The notes under the pieces were generated by a model. That model was not told the origin of the DNA and searched no databases. It saw only the letters and a program-made list of their open reading frames with translations. DNA of 63,687 nucleotides, the filler included, from Dehalococcoidia bacterium (GTDB lineage: Bacteria; Chloroflexota; Dehalococcoidia; DSTF01; JACRBR01), in assembly GCA_041494685.1 (NCBI GenBank). It is 3 parts of 3 records of this genome, joined end to end, with 100 filler letters (N's around TTAATTAATTAA, not from the genome) between each part and the next. Parts side by side here need not be neighbours in the genome. Positions count along the whole stretch, not along the records: positions 24,315 to 48,037 come from JBGQBE010000052.1; 2 more parts are not named here. One strand, given 5' to 3'. Of this stretch, positions 36,002 to 46,245 are shown in pieces (position 1 is the first letter of the stretch; the number at the start of each line of letters is the position of its first letter). Both the position numbers and the translations under genes were made by a program.

Positions 36002-36631
36002 ATGCCGAGGACAACCATCGACCGCTTCGAGCAGCGGAAGCTCACCCGCGCAAAGCTCATCGACGCCGCGCTCCAGCTCTTCTCGACGAGCGGGTACGAG
36101 CACGCCACCGTGGACGACATCTCGCAGGCGGCCGGCTACTCGAAGGGCGCCTACTACTTCCACTTCTCCACCAAGGACGACATCCTGCTGGAGCTGCTGC
36201 GCATCTGGACCGAAGCCCGAAGCGCGGTACTCAACGCGAACGCGGCCGACGGCACACCGTCACGTGACGAGTTGCACGACATGATCGAGGCGTTCTTCTC
36301 CTACCAGGACGCGCCGCAATGGCCCGGCGTGCTGCTCGAGTTCTGGGCGCAGGCCGTCCGCAACCCCGAGGTCAGCAAGCGGCTCAGCCAGGCGTACGCC
36401 GGCTGGCGAAAGCAGATCTCGGCGGCGTTCCAGGCCGCCGCGGCTGCGGGCAACGTCGGCACCGCATCCGCCGAGGACGTCGGCGCGGTCGTGCTGGCTG
36501 CACACGACGGGTACGCCGTGCAGATCGCCATCGGCTCGCCCGGCGGGCGCGCGATGACGCCCGGCGAGCTCGCCGACTCCCTGCTGACGCCGCTGCAGGC
36601 GGCCGCGGGACGGCGCACCGGCACGGGGTAG
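36002..36631 (+). CDS. TetR family regulator
   Basis: TRAKLIDAA..LF...GY..ATVDDI..AAGYSKGAYYFHF. Confidence 0.88.
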   Translation: MPRTTIDRFEQRKLTRAKLIDAALQLFSTSGYEHATVDDISQAAGYSKGAYYFHFSTKDDILLELLRIWTEARSAVLNANAADGTPSRDELHDMIEAFFSYQDAPQWPGVLLEFWAQAVRNPEVSKRLSQAYAGWRKQISAAFQAAAAAGNVGTASAEDVGAVVLAAHDGYAVQIAIGSPGGRAMTPGELADSLLTPLQAAAGRRTGTG

Positions 36632-36676
36632 CCGCGGCCTCCGACGGCCTCATCGCCCCCGTTTCGTTGATCGCAG

Positions 36677-37681
36677 GTGATCGTGCGCGCCCTCATCCTC
36701 GCCCCCTTCGACGCAAACGTCCTGGCCCGCCTGCGCGCGCGTCTCGACGTCGCCTACGAGAGCTGGACCGACACCAGGCTGCTGCAGGATCCTGACGCGC
36801 TCGGCACGCGACTCGCCGCCGAAGACATCGGCATCCTCATCGTCGAGGCGGATTTCGTGTTCGAAGAAGTCTTCGAGGCGGCGCCCGGGCTGCGGCTCGT
36901 CGGCGTCTGCCGCAACGCGCTCAACCAGGTCGACGTCGAAGCCGCGACGGCGCACGGTGTCGCCGTTACGCACGCTCCCGGCCGCAACACCAACGCCGTC
37001 GCCGAGATGACCCTGGGGCTGATGCTGTCGCTCGCGCGGCGCATCCCGCAGGCCAACGCGCTCGTCAGCGGCGCCGGCTGGCGCGACCCGGCTATGGGAT
37101 ACCGCATCTTCCGCGGCCGCGAGATCGCCGGCTCGACCGTCGGCGTCATCGGCTTCGGCCAGATCGGCCGTGAGGTCGCGCGGAAGTCCGTCGCGCTCGG
37201 CGCCACGGTGCTTGCATACGACCCGCTCGTGCCCGAGCGCCATGTCTCCGAGCTCGGCGCCACGCCGGCGTCTCTCGACGACCTGGCGGCGCGCGCGGAC
37301 TTCGTAACGCTGCACGTGCCGGAACTCGATGACACGTACCGCATGGTCGACGCCGCGTTCCTCGCCCGCATGCAGCCCGGCGCGTTCCTTGTGAACACAA
37401 GCGCCGGCAGCGTCGTCGACAGCGACGCGCTGGTCGATGCGCTGGAATCCGGCCGCCTCGCCGGTGCCGCGCTGGATGTCTTCGACGGGCACCCGCTGCC
37501 GCTCAGCAGCCGCCTCATCGGCGCCCCGAACATCATCCTGACGCCGCACATCGGCGGCGCAACAGCGGAGACCATCTCCCGTCACTCGCGGATGATGGCC
37601 GGCGAGATCGAGCGACTGCTCGATGGCGCGCCGCTCCAGCACGTCGTCAACCCCCGGTACGCGGCCGCCCGTGTCCGCTGA
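36677..37681 (+). CDS. D-isomer-specific 2-hydroxyacid dehydrogenase (SerA-like)
   Basis: GVIGFGQIG, YDP, LHVP, AALDVF, LTPHIGGAT. Confidence 0.85.
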   Translation: MIVRALILAPFDANVLARLRARLDVAYESWTDTRLLQDPDALGTRLAAEDIGILIVEADFVFEEVFEAAPGLRLVGVCRNALNQVDVEAATAHGVAVTHAPGRNTNAVAEMTLGLMLSLARRIPQANALVSGAGWRDPAMGYRIFRGREIAGSTVGVIGFGQIGREVARKSVALGATVLAYDPLVPERHVSELGATPASLDDLAARADFVTLHVPELDDTYRMVDAAFLARMQPGAFLVNTSAGSVVDSDALVDALESGRLAGAALDVFDGHPLPLSSRLIGAPNIILTPHIGGATAETISRHSRMMAGEIERLLDGAPLQHVVNPRYAAARVR

Positions 37682-39143
37682 CCGCGTCCTCGTCATCGAC
37701 GCGGGCACCAGCGCCCTCCGCGCACTGATCGTCGGCGTCGACGGCGCGGTCTCGCCAGTCGCCGCGGAGCCCTGGCGCACGGTCGTGCCGGACGACGCCG
37801 CGCCCTTCGGCCGCGAGTTCGTCCCGGCGGCGGTAGCGGCCGCCCTGGCGCGGCTGCTCGACGCGGCGGCCCCTCACCGCGACCACATCGCCGGCATCGC
37901 CTTCACCGGCCAGCGCGAGGGGCTCGCGTTCGTCGCGGAAGACGGCGCCGCGATCTTCGCCGCGCCGAACGTGGACGCCCGCGCCTCCGCGGAAGGCATC
38001 GCCATCGACACCGCCCGCGCCGCCGATGTGTACGCCACCACCGGCCATCTGCCGTCGCTGATGCAGGCGCCCGCGAAGCTCGCATGGCTCCGCGCCCACC
38101 GCCCGCACGATGCTGCCCGCGTCCGTTACGTGCTGCCTCTCGCCGACTGGCTGGCCAACCTGCTGACCGGCGCCCCGGCGATCTCGCGCAGTCTGGCCGC
38201 CGAGAACGGCCTGCTCGACGTCACGACGTGCGCGGTCGCCGCGCCGCTGCTCGCCAGCCTGGGCTTCGCACCTGCTCTTGTCCCTCCAATCCTGGACGAC
38301 GGCGCGCTCGCCGGCGCCGTCGCATCAGGGCCGTTCGCCGGCGTCCCGGTCGCGCTCTGCGGCGCAGATACGCAGTGCGCCCTCGTTGGCATGGGCGCGA
38401 TCGACGCGGGCGCGGCGGGCGTGCCCGCTGGGTGGAGCGCACCTGTGCAGTGCGTCACGGCCGCGCCGATCTTCGACGCGCAGCGGCGCACGTGGACCGG
38501 CACACACGTCGCCTCCAACCGCTGGATCCTCGAGTCGAACGCCGGCGAGACCGGCCGCGTCTGGCAGTGGGCCTGCGCGCTCCTGCGGGTCGCCCCGGAG
38601 GAAGCCTCGCGCCTTGCGGCCGCCGCGCCGCCCGGCGCGCACGACGCGATGGCTGTGATCGGCGCACGGTCGATGCGCGCCGGCGAGATGAACGCCGGCA
38701 TGGGCGCGCTGACCTTCCCCTTGCCCCTGGTGATGTCCGCCCCGGAACGCGGCGACGTGCTGCGCTCCGTGCTGGAGGCGACCGCGTACGCCATCCGCGC
38801 GAACCTGGAGCAGATCGAGGAGATCGCCCGCACGCGCATCGGCACGCTGCGCCTGGGAGGCGGCATGTCCCGCGCGGCGGTCTTCGCGCAGATCGTCGCC
38901 GACGTCGTGGATCGCCCCGTCGAGGTCGCCGCATCCGCCGAAACGTCCGCCCTCGGCGCGGCGGCGCTTGCGTCCGCGGCGCTGGGGCTGCACGCTTCTC
39001 TCGACGCGGCAGTCGCGACGATGACCGGCGGCCGCCGCGCTCTGACGCCGGATCTCGCCGTCTCGGCGGCGTACGAGGACTACTACGCGCGGTGGTGCGC
39101 GCTCAGTGACGAGGCCGCGCGCCTCGCGACGGAGATCGGATGA
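37671..39143 (+). CDS. FGGY carbohydrate kinase
   Basis: LVIDAGTS, TGQREG, GADTQCA, RSVLEATAY, GGGMSR. Confidence 0.85.
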   Translation: MSADRVLVIDAGTSALRALIVGVDGAVSPVAAEPWRTVVPDDAAPFGREFVPAAVAAALARLLDAAAPHRDHIAGIAFTGQREGLAFVAEDGAAIFAAPNVDARASAEGIAIDTARAADVYATTGHLPSLMQAPAKLAWLRAHRPHDAARVRYVLPLADWLANLLTGAPAISRSLAAENGLLDVTTCAVAAPLLASLGFAPALVPPILDDGALAGAVASGPFAGVPVALCGADTQCALVGMGAIDAGAAGVPAGWSAPVQCVTAAPIFDAQRRTWTGTHVASNRWILESNAGETGRVWQWACALLRVAPEEASRLAAAAPPGAHDAMAVIGARSMRAGEMNAGMGALTFPLPLVMSAPERGDVLRSVLEATAYAIRANLEQIEEIARTRIGTLRLGGGMSRAAVFAQIVADVVDRPVEVAASAETSALGAAALASAALGLHASLDAAVATMTGGRRALTPDLAVSAAYEDYYARWCALSDEAARLATEIG

Positions 39144-39805
39144 CGCAGGACTATCTCGCCGAGCGCCAGGAGGTGCTGGACGCCGTGCGCCGCATCGTCG
39201 ACGCGGGACTGGTCGCCATATCGAGCGGCAACGTCAGCCGCCGCATCCGTACGCCCAGGGGCGACCTCTACGCGGTCACCGCCAGCCGCGTGCCCTACCA
39301 CCGCTTCGGCATCGACGATGTACTCGTCGTCGATACCGAGGTCGAGCCCGTCGTCGGCGACGGCGTCCCGTCCAGCGAGTCGTTGGCTCACATGGCGGTC
39401 TACAACGCTCGCCCGGACGCCGGAGCCGTCATCCACACGCACTCCGTGCATGCCAGCGCCTTCGCCGCCGCCGGCCGCGCTATCCCGCCCGTGCTCGACG
39501 AGATGGTGGTGACGATCGGCGGCGCGGTCGAGGTCGCCGAGTACGGCGCGTCCGCCAGCGAGCAGCTCGCCGCGAATGCTGTCGCCGCGCTGGGCGACCG
39601 CGCCGCGGTGCTGCTCCGCCATCACGGCGTCCTCGGTGTCGGCGCGGATCTCGAAGAAGCGGTCGCCGTGGTCGAGCTTGTGGAGCGCGTGGCGCGCATC
39701 TGCATCGCCGCGGCGGGCATTGGCGGGGCGCGGGAGTTACCGGCGGACGTCGTCGCGTCGGAGCAGAAGATCTACCGGATGATGAAGGGGTTCAGGGAGG
39801 GTTAG
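39140..39805 (+). CDS. Class II aldolase (FucA-like)
   Basis: SGNVS, PSSE..AH, VIHTHS, LLRHHG. Confidence 0.88.
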   Translation: MTQDYLAERQEVLDAVRRIVDAGLVAISSGNVSRRIRTPRGDLYAVTASRVPYHRFGIDDVLVVDTEVEPVVGDGVPSSESLAHMAVYNARPDAGAVIHTHSVHASAFAAAGRAIPPVLDEMVVTIGGAVEVAEYGASASEQLAANAVAALGDRAAVLLRHHGVLGVGADLEEAVAVVELVERVARICIAAAGIGGARELPADVVASEQKIYRMMKGFREG

Positions 39806-40210
39806 ATGCAGGTACCAGGCTTCTTGCTGCGGCGTCTCTACGTGAAGGGCAGCCTCCGGAATACCCAGGAGGGTTTCCAGTTCGACCTGAAGAACTCGCT
39901 CGGCTCCGGCTACGCCGAGCAGGTGCTGCCGTTGACTGTCGACGGGGACCTCATCCCCGTCGCGGCCGCGTACTTCGTCGTGGACGGCACGACGATCCGC
40001 TTCGGCGACGTCACCGCGGAGAATCCCATCACGCTGGCGATGAACCGCACCGTCACCATCGGCGCCGACGGTCGCGCGCTGCCGGAGGGCAAGCACAAGC
40101 TCGGCATCGGCTTCATCGTCAGCGGCATGGGGAAGATGGAGTTCGATGTCACCGACGCCATCGGCGCCGGCTCCGGCGACGACAACGACGGTGGTGGCGC
40201 CGATGCCTAG
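39806..40210 (+). CDS. Hypothetical beta-rich protein
   Basis: SD GGAGG; MQVPGFLLRRLYVKGSLRN; coupled to neighbours. Confidence 0.7.
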   Translation: MQVPGFLLRRLYVKGSLRNTQEGFQFDLKNSLGSGYAEQVLPLTVDGDLIPVAAAYFVVDGTTIRFGDVTAENPITLAMNRTVTIGADGRALPEGKHKLGIGFIVSGMGKMEFDVTDAIGAGSGDDNDGGGADA

Positions 40211-41069
40211 CGCGCTCCCGCCCGAGGTGCCGCCGATCGACTTCGCCGCACGCTGGGCCGCGATCGTCGAGCGCCGCCGCGCCCAGATGGACGCCGCGTA
40301 CGAGGCGGCCGGCATCGTGCACGCGGACTACTGGGGCCGCCGCGCGAAGCAGTATCGCGCCGCCCTGCATGCCCGCATGGACGAGGACCCGTTCCTCCTG
40401 CGCGTCCGCGCCGCCACCACCAGCGACAGCACTGTGCTGGACGTCGGAGCCGGCACCGGCCGCCACACCCTCGCGCTGGCGCCGCACGTGCGGCGCGTCA
40501 CCGCCGTCGACCCGTCGCAGGCGATGCTCGGTCTCCTGCGCGAAGACATCGCAGCGCAGGGCCTCCGCAACGTCGACGTGGTCGAAGGCGAATGGCTGCA
40601 GGCGGAAGTACAGCCCGCCGACGCCGTGATCTGCTCGCACGTCCTCTACCCCATCGGCGATGTCGTGCCGTTCATCCGGAAGCTCGACGCGGCGGCGACA
40701 CACAGCGTCTTGATCTACCTGCGCACCGACCCGCTGCCGACCGACCTGGGCCTGTGGAGCGAGTTCTACGGCGTGCCGCTCCAGCCGCAGCCGACCCACA
40801 TGGACCTCGTGCCGCTGCTCGCGCAGATCGGCATCTACGCCGACGTCGAGGTCGTGCATCATCGCTTCACGTGGACGTTCGAGACGCTGGACGAGGCGGT
40901 GGAGCAGGTCCGCAACGCGCTCTGCCTGCGCGAGGGCGATGCCGCGCTCGACGAGCGCCTGCGCTCGCTCTTGCAGCAGCGCCTCGTGCCGTGGGAGGGC
41001 GGCCGCCTCGGCCCGGAGATCGCCAGCGCCCGCTCCGCGATCATCTCCTGGCAGCCCGCCGCGCAGTAG
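40203..41069 (+). CDS. Class I SAM-dependent methyltransferase
   Basis: VLDVGAGTG, VTAVDPS..ML, DAVICSHVLY. Confidence 0.85.
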   Translation: MPSALPPEVPPIDFAARWAAIVERRRAQMDAAYEAAGIVHADYWGRRAKQYRAALHARMDEDPFLLRVRAATTSDSTVLDVGAGTGRHTLALAPHVRRVTAVDPSQAMLGLLREDIAAQGLRNVDVVEGEWLQAEVQPADAVICSHVLYPIGDVVPFIRKLDAAATHSVLIYLRTDPLPTDLGLWSEFYGVPLQPQPTHMDLVPLLAQIGIYADVEVVHHRFTWTFETLDEAVEQVRNALCLREGDAALDERLRSLLQQRLVPWEGGRLGPEIASARSAIISWQPAAQ

Positions 41070-41072
41070 CGT

Positions 41073-41900
41073 CTAGCGCCCGAGCCAACGCAGGACGATC
41101 GGCGCGAGATCCTCGGGACGGTCCGTCGGCACCGAATGCCCGGACTCCGCCACCTCGACGAGTTCCGCGTCCGGCATCGCCGCGATCATCCGCTCCGCCA
41201 CGTCGCGCGGGAGCACCAGCGTCTTGCCGCCGCGCACCAGCAGCACGGGCATCGTCAGCGAACCCACACGGGGCCATAGGTCCTCCGGCGCCCAGCCCAT
41301 CTGCACCTTCGCGTCGTACTTGAATATCAGGCCGCCGTCGTCGCGTGCCTTGAGATTCCAGTGGGTGCGATAGCGCAAATGCTCCTCGGGTGCGGTCGGC
41401 GTCCCTGCGCGCGCGTTTGCCACCGCTTCGTCGAACGTCGCAAACGGGCGATGCCCGGTCTTCGCCAGCCTTGCGGCGACCTCCCAGTTCGGCGTGCCTT
41501 CGCGCGACATGCGCGGCGGGATGTCGATCACGATCAGCCGCTCGACCCGCTCCGGGTGCGCCGCCGCGTAGGCCATCGCGTTGTGCCCGCCCATCGAGAG
41601 TCCCATCAACACGAAGCGGCTCACGCCCCAGAGCGCCACCAGCGCCTCCAGGTCGGCGACGAAGTCGCCGGTGGCGTACGACTCCGCGTGCCCCGTGTCA
41701 CCGTGCCCGCGCTGGTCGGGCGCGAACACGTGATAGTGCTCGGCCAGCGCCGGCGCCATGTGGTCCCAGATGTGCGCGTGACCCGTCAGGCCGTGCAGCA
41801 GCACCATCGGCGGCGCCGCTGGATCACCCCGCTCCAGGTAGTGGAAGTCGATGCCGCGCGCCTGGGCGCGGCGGTCCGTGTAACCGGCGATCGTCTGCAT
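41073..41900 (-). CDS. Alpha/beta hydrolase
   Basis: LLHGLTG, DQRGHGD, GLSMGG, SGHSV. Confidence 0.85.
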   Translation of the reverse strand: MQTIAGYTDRRAQARGIDFHYLERGDPAAPPMVLLHGLTGHAHIWDHMAPALAEHYHVFAPDQRGHGDTGHAESYATGDFVADLEALVALWGVSRFVLMGLSMGGHNAMAYAAAHPERVERLIVIDIPPRMSREGTPNWEVAARLAKTGHRPFATFDEAVANARAGTPTAPEEHLRYRTHWNLKARDDGGLIFKYDAKVQMGWAPEDLWPRVGSLTMPVLLVRGGKTLVLPRDVAERMIAAMPDAELVEVAESGHSVPTDRPEDLAPIVLRWLGR

Positions 41901-41978
41901 CGGTGTGTGCTCCTCGCTCCCAGCGAGGATGGCGCAGGGCGGGGCTGCTGTCAACGCGGCACGGCGCTATCATGCCGC

Positions 41979-42740
41979 ATGCCCTGGGACCCCGAACGCT
42001 ATCGCGCATTCCAGTCCGAGCGGTTCGCACCGTTCGACGATCTCGTCGCGCTCATCCGCGTCCGCGACGGCATCAGCGCCGTCGACCTCGGCTGCGGCAC
42101 CGGCGAGCTGACGCGGCGGCTGGCGGATCTCCTGCCCGGCAGCGACGTAGCCGGCATCGACTCCTCGCCCCAGATGCTCGGGGAAGCCGCCCGGCTCGCG
42201 CGTCCGGGGCTCCGGTTCGCGCTCGGCGCGATCGAAGACGTCACGGGAGCGTGGGATCTCGTGTTCTCGCACGCCGCCCTGCAGTGGGTAGACGGGCACC
42301 GCGACCTCATCCCGCGCGTCTGGTCGCTCGTGCGGCTCGGTGGCCAGCTCGCCGTCCAGGTGCCGTCCAACCACGCCCACCCGACGCACACGCTGATCGC
42401 CGAGACGGCCGCCGAGGCGCCGTTCCGCGACGCGCTCGGCGGCTGGACGCGCACAGCGCCCGTCCTCGGCATCGAGGACTACGCATCGATCTTGTTCGCC
42501 GAAGGTGCGGAGCGGATCACCGTGTTCGAGAAGGCCTACCCGCACGTCCTGGCCGACGCCGACGCGCTGGCCGACTGGACCTCCGGCACGGCGCTCGTGC
42601 CGTACATGGAGCGCCTGCCCGACGAGCTGCGCGCCGCGTTCATGGAGCGCTACCGGACGCGGCTGCGCGCGCGCTTCCCCGAGACGCCCGTCTTCTACCC
42701 GTTCAAGCGCACCCTCTTCGCCGCTACGAAGCCCGCGTAG
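41979..42740 (+). CDS. tam: Trans-aconitate 2-methyltransferase-like
   Basis: WDPERY..F..ER..PF.DL, DLGCGTG, SHAALQWV, LAVQVP, YPFKR. Confidence 0.8.
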   Translation: MPWDPERYRAFQSERFAPFDDLVALIRVRDGISAVDLGCGTGELTRRLADLLPGSDVAGIDSSPQMLGEAARLARPGLRFALGAIEDVTGAWDLVFSHAALQWVDGHRDLIPRVWSLVRLGGQLAVQVPSNHAHPTHTLIAETAAEAPFRDALGGWTRTAPVLGIEDYASILFAEGAERITVFEKAYPHVLADADALADWTSGTALVPYMERLPDELRAAFMERYRTRLRARFPETPVFYPFKRTLFAATKPA

Positions 42741-42818
42741 CCGCCCGCGCTTCACCCAGCCGCTTCCACGGCCTACAATTGCGGCATCTCGCACGGGTGA
42801 AATCAGAACGGAGACCGT

Positions 42819-43949
42819 ATGCTGACGCCGCTCGACGACTACCTGGCGCACCAGACACCCGACACACTCGACCGCGTCGCCACCAGCGACCGTAACTTCT
42901 ACGACCGCTACTACTTCAACGCTCACTCACTGGACGGCGAGGCCTTCCTCGTCGTCGCGATGGGCGTCTACCCCAACGTCGGCGTCATTGACGCGTTCGC
43001 CACCTGCGCTATCGAGGGCAAGACGCAGTACAACGTGCGCGCGTCGCGCGAGCTCGGCAGCGACCGCATGAACACGAAGGTCGGGCCGATCGGCGTCCAG
43101 GTGCTCGAGGGGCTGCGCCGCTTCCGGGTCTACGCCGAGCCGACCGAGCACGCGCTGAGCTTCGACCTCACGTTCGAGGGCATCACCTTCCCGTACGAGG
43201 AGCCGCACTTCTTCCGCCGCATCGGCAACCGCGTGTTCATGGATTACACCCGGCTGACGCAGTGCGGCCGCTGGTCCGGCACGATCACCGCTGGCGGGCG
43301 CACCTACACCGTCGACCGCGACTCGTGGCGGGGGGCGCGCGATCACTCTTGGGGCATCCGCCCCGTCGGCGGCGGCGAGCCTCCGTCGGCGCCGGCGCCC
43401 GGCGCGGGGCCCACGGGCTTCTTCTGGATCTGGACGCCGGTGGGGTTTGACGACGCCAGCATCATGTACACCGTCAGCGAGGACCCCGACGGCACGCGCT
43501 GGCACGCCGCGGCCGAGCTGCTGCACGCCTACAAGAAGGACCTCCCGCCCGAGCAGCTCACCGTCGTCTCCCACGACATCACGATGGTGCCCGGCACGCG
43601 CACCTTCGAGCGCGGCCGCCTCACCGTCGCCCGCCGCGACGGTACGATCGCCACGATCACCATGGAGCCGAAGACGACGCTCTACATGGCCGGCGCCGGC
43701 TATGCCTACTTCGGCGGCTGGCGGCACGGCCAGTACCACGCGCCGCTCGCCGTCGAAGGCGAGACGTGGGATCTCACCGACGCCGATCTCCTCAAGCGCA
43801 TCGGCGGCCAGACCGAGACGATCTGCGACTACATCGTCGAAGGCCTGGGCGACATCGGTACCGGCCACGGCATCATCGAGTTCCTGCTGCTCGGCGCGTA
43901 CGAGCCCTACGGATTCAAGGGCTTCGGCGACGTCGCCCCCGCGCGCTGA
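42819..43949 (+). CDS. Conserved hypothetical beta-rich protein
   Basis: LDDYLAHQTP, DRNFYDRYYF, ARDHSWGIRP; function unknown. Confidence 0.75.
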   Translation: MLTPLDDYLAHQTPDTLDRVATSDRNFYDRYYFNAHSLDGEAFLVVAMGVYPNVGVIDAFATCAIEGKTQYNVRASRELGSDRMNTKVGPIGVQVLEGLRRFRVYAEPTEHALSFDLTFEGITFPYEEPHFFRRIGNRVFMDYTRLTQCGRWSGTITAGGRTYTVDRDSWRGARDHSWGIRPVGGGEPPSAPAPGAGPTGFFWIWTPVGFDDASIMYTVSEDPDGTRWHAAAELLHAYKKDLPPEQLTVVSHDITMVPGTRTFERGRLTVARRDGTIATITMEPKTTLYMAGAGYAYFGGWRHGQYHAPLAVEGETWDLTDADLLKRIGGQTETICDYIVEGLGDIGTGHGIIEFLLLGAYEPYGFKGFGDVAPAR

Positions 43950-44368
43950 TGAGCCGCCGCATGCCGCCTGATCGCGGGTACCGCGTGCTCATCGCCGAGG
44001 ACGACTACAAGTACAGGGCGGGCATCGTCCTCCTCCTGGAGCCGCTCGGCCTCATCTGCGTCGCCGTCGAGGACGGACTGCTGGCGGCCGAGTTGCTCCG
44101 GGACGAATCGGAGCGCTTCGACCTCGTCATCACGGACTTTCGCATGCCGCGCCGCAGCGGCTGGCACGTCATCGACGCCGCACGCACGCATCGCGGCGAC
44201 GCGCTCCCGATCATCATGCAGACCGCGGAGTCACAGTACCCCGACGTCTACCTGCAAGCCGAGGCCCTGGGCGTCGCGCTGATCGCGAAAGACGACATCC
44301 TCGCCCTCCTGGTACCCGCCGTCCGCGCCGCCCTGGGCATCGTCGACGAAGCGCCCGGCACGCGCTGA
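43949..44368 (+). CDS. Single-domain response regulator
   Basis: VLIAEDD, DLVITDFRMP..SG, IMQTA. Confidence 0.8.
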   Translation: MSRRMPPDRGYRVLIAEDDYKYRAGIVLLLEPLGLICVAVEDGLLAAELLRDESERFDLVITDFRMPRRSGWHVIDAARTHRGDALPIIMQTAESQYPDVYLQAEALGVALIAKDDILALLVPAVRAALGIVDEAPGTR

Positions 44369-44440
44369 GACGCGACGCCGCGCGGCGCCTGTGAGCGCGT
44401 GGCGCGCGTGCGCGCGGTGCGGTGTCGCGGAGGGGAAAAA

Positions 44441-44516
44441 TGGTGCCGAGGGGCAGAGTTGAACTGCCGACACCACGATTTTCAGTCGTGTGCTCTACCA
44501 GCTGAGCTACCTCGGC
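44441..44516 (-). tRNA. tRNA-Phe (GAA)
   Basis: GCCGAGGTAGCTCAGCTGGTAGAGCACACGACTGAAAATCGTGGTGTCGGCAGTTCAACTCTGCCCCTCGGCACCA; cloverleaf with encoded CCA. Confidence 0.97.
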
Positions 44517-44525
44517 TTGCCGGTG

Positions 44526-44560
44526 ATTGTATCTGCGCCCCCGATCCACGGGCAAGCCAC
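44526..44560 (-). promoter_or_regulatory. tRNA-Phe promoter
   Basis: TTGCCC-N18-TACAAT upstream of tRNA. Confidence 0.6.
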
Positions 44561-44656
44561 GACGAGCAGGACCGGCCGCAGATGGATGATGTCAATACCC
44601 TAATTCGCAGCGGGTGGATCAGGCGTATACTGGTGATCTTCCAGAGAGGGGTTGCC

Positions 44657-45343
44657 ATGCGTCGCATCATGATCGCGTCCATCGTCAGCGCCGCGATCAC
44701 CGTCGTCTTCGCGGGACGACCATCTCCGGGCTACGCGAATCCGGCGTCCGTCTGGGTCGCGAACCTGGACGTTGTGAACGCGTCAAGCGCGGCTGGCGGC
44801 TGCACAATTCCGCACAATTGCGACCTCACGACGACGGCGGATCGCGCCGCTTTGCTCTCGAGTTTCGGCACGCTGCAGACGCAGAGCGGTGGGCGAGTCG
44901 AACAGGAACCAACAGGGTTCGTGGGCACGCCTCCTGCCGGGTTCACCTATGTCCTCGTCCAGACGGACGGGTCGCTCACGCAGCTGCGGCTCAATGGTCG
45001 CGGCCTGACCTGCACCCCGGCGTGCGACGCGCTGACGACGACAACGCCGAACGCAACCGACCATTTCGTCGCGTACAAGATCACGGATACGGGGTCGCAC
45101 CACGTCGGCGACATGCTGGTGGCGACAGCGATGCAGGATGCCGTCACGCTCGACTCCGCCACGATCGTGATCGTCGGGCCGTCAGTCGGCGGCATCGCCG
45201 AACAGCCCGACGTAGCGGCGCTGCCGGCGCGCACCTCATCGGGCGGCGACCCCATGGCCTACACGCTCGGCGGCGCTGCGCTGGCCCTGGTCGCCGTAAT
45301 CGGCGCCGGTAGCTGGTACGTGCGCCGGAAGCGGCCAGCGTAG
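44657..45343 (+). CDS. Secreted/surface protein with C-terminal TM anchor and basic tail
   Basis: Signal peptide; ends VGGIAEQPDVAALP...TM...WYVRRKRPA. Confidence 0.7.
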   Translation: MRRIMIASIVSAAITVVFAGRPSPGYANPASVWVANLDVVNASSAAGGCTIPHNCDLTTTADRAALLSSFGTLQTQSGGRVEQEPTGFVGTPPAGFTYVLVQTDGSLTQLRLNGRGLTCTPACDALTTTTPNATDHFVAYKITDTGSHHVGDMLVATAMQDAVTLDSATIVIVGPSVGGIAEQPDVAALPARTSSGGDPMAYTLGGAALALVAVIGAGSWYVRRKRPA

Positions 45344-45352
45344 AGCGGCATC

Positions 45353-45613
45353 GCTGCGCCCCCGACCCCCGGCAAGCCACCACCGCCCTCGCCGACGGAG
45401 AAGCCCCTCCGCTGCCGTCGTGGCTGCGAAGGGGCTTCTCGATCGATCGTGCTACGCGAGCCGCGCCGCCTAGAGCCCCGCGGCGATCTTCTTCGCGGCC
45501 GCCAGGACTGCATCCGCGTTCACGCCCGTCGCCGAGACCGCCAGCGCGATCTGCATGTTGCCCTTGAGGAACACCACCGTCACCGCGTCGGCGTCCTTCG
45601 TCTGGAAGCCCCC
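45353..45613. repeat. About 260-270 bp imperfect direct repeat, copy 1
   Basis: Matches 46246..46515: tRNA promoter -35 segment, hairpin and lipoprotein 3' end. Confidence 0.85.
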
Positions 45614-46069
45614 CACATCGCCGAGGCCGTCGACCTTCTCGACCAGCTCTGTATCCATCTTGGTCTTGATCGCGCCGACAGCGGCGCTGATCTTAAAGTC
45701 GTTCGCGACGAGCATGATCCGATTGGTCGTGCCCACCCCCCACGAACACGTCGTCTGCTTCGCGGCAGAGGTGTCCGCCGAGGTGACCCGCGCCGCGCCG
45801 GGGTTCGCGAGTAGCGCCGAGGCCTCGTCCGCGCTGAGGTACTTGCACGTGTCGCCGCCGCCGCTATTGGCCGCAGACGCGGACGTCGGCGCCGCTGCCG
45901 CCGGCGTCGTGCCGCTCGACTTCGTTGCGCTCGGCGTCGTCGCAGCGACCTTGGTCGTCGCCGCGGCCGATGCCGCCGGAGTCGTGCTCGTCTTGCTGTT
46001 GCTTCCGCCGCATCCCGCGATCGCGGCCGCAACCCCGAGGAACACCGCGCCGGCCATCACTGCCTTCAA
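45470..46069 (-). CDS. Lipoprotein with Ser/Thr/Ala linker
   Basis: Lipobox IAGC; TTG start with SD GGAGG; C..LS..EA..LL and VDGLGD motifs. Confidence 0.75.
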   Translation of the reverse strand: MKAVMAGAVFLGVAAAIAGCGGSNSKTSTTPAASAAATTKVAATTPSATKSSGTTPAAAAPTSASAANSGGGDTCKYLSADEASALLANPGAARVTSADTSAAKQTTCSWGVGTTNRIMLVANDFKISAAVGAIKTKMDTELVEKVDGLGDVGGFQTKDADAVTVVFLKGNMQIALAVSATGVNADAVLAAAKKIAAGL

Positions 46070-46213
46070 GTCCAACTCCTCCACTACAACACGAGCGGAA
46101 TAGAGTCGACAACGCATCGCCCGCCGCACGGTCCGCGCAGTCTAGCAGACTCCCACGCTACGCAGTGATCGAGAGAACGGACGCACAGTTGAGTGACCGC
46201 CGAACTGGTGAGC

Positions 46214-46237
46214 GCTCTACCACCTGAGCTACTCGCC
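46214..46237 (-). pseudogene. Degenerate tRNA 5' fragment
   Basis: GGCGAGTAGCTCAGGTGGTAGAGC, matching the acceptor 5' strand and D-arm of tRNA-Phe. Confidence 0.65.
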
Positions 46238-46245
46238 TGCCCGCC

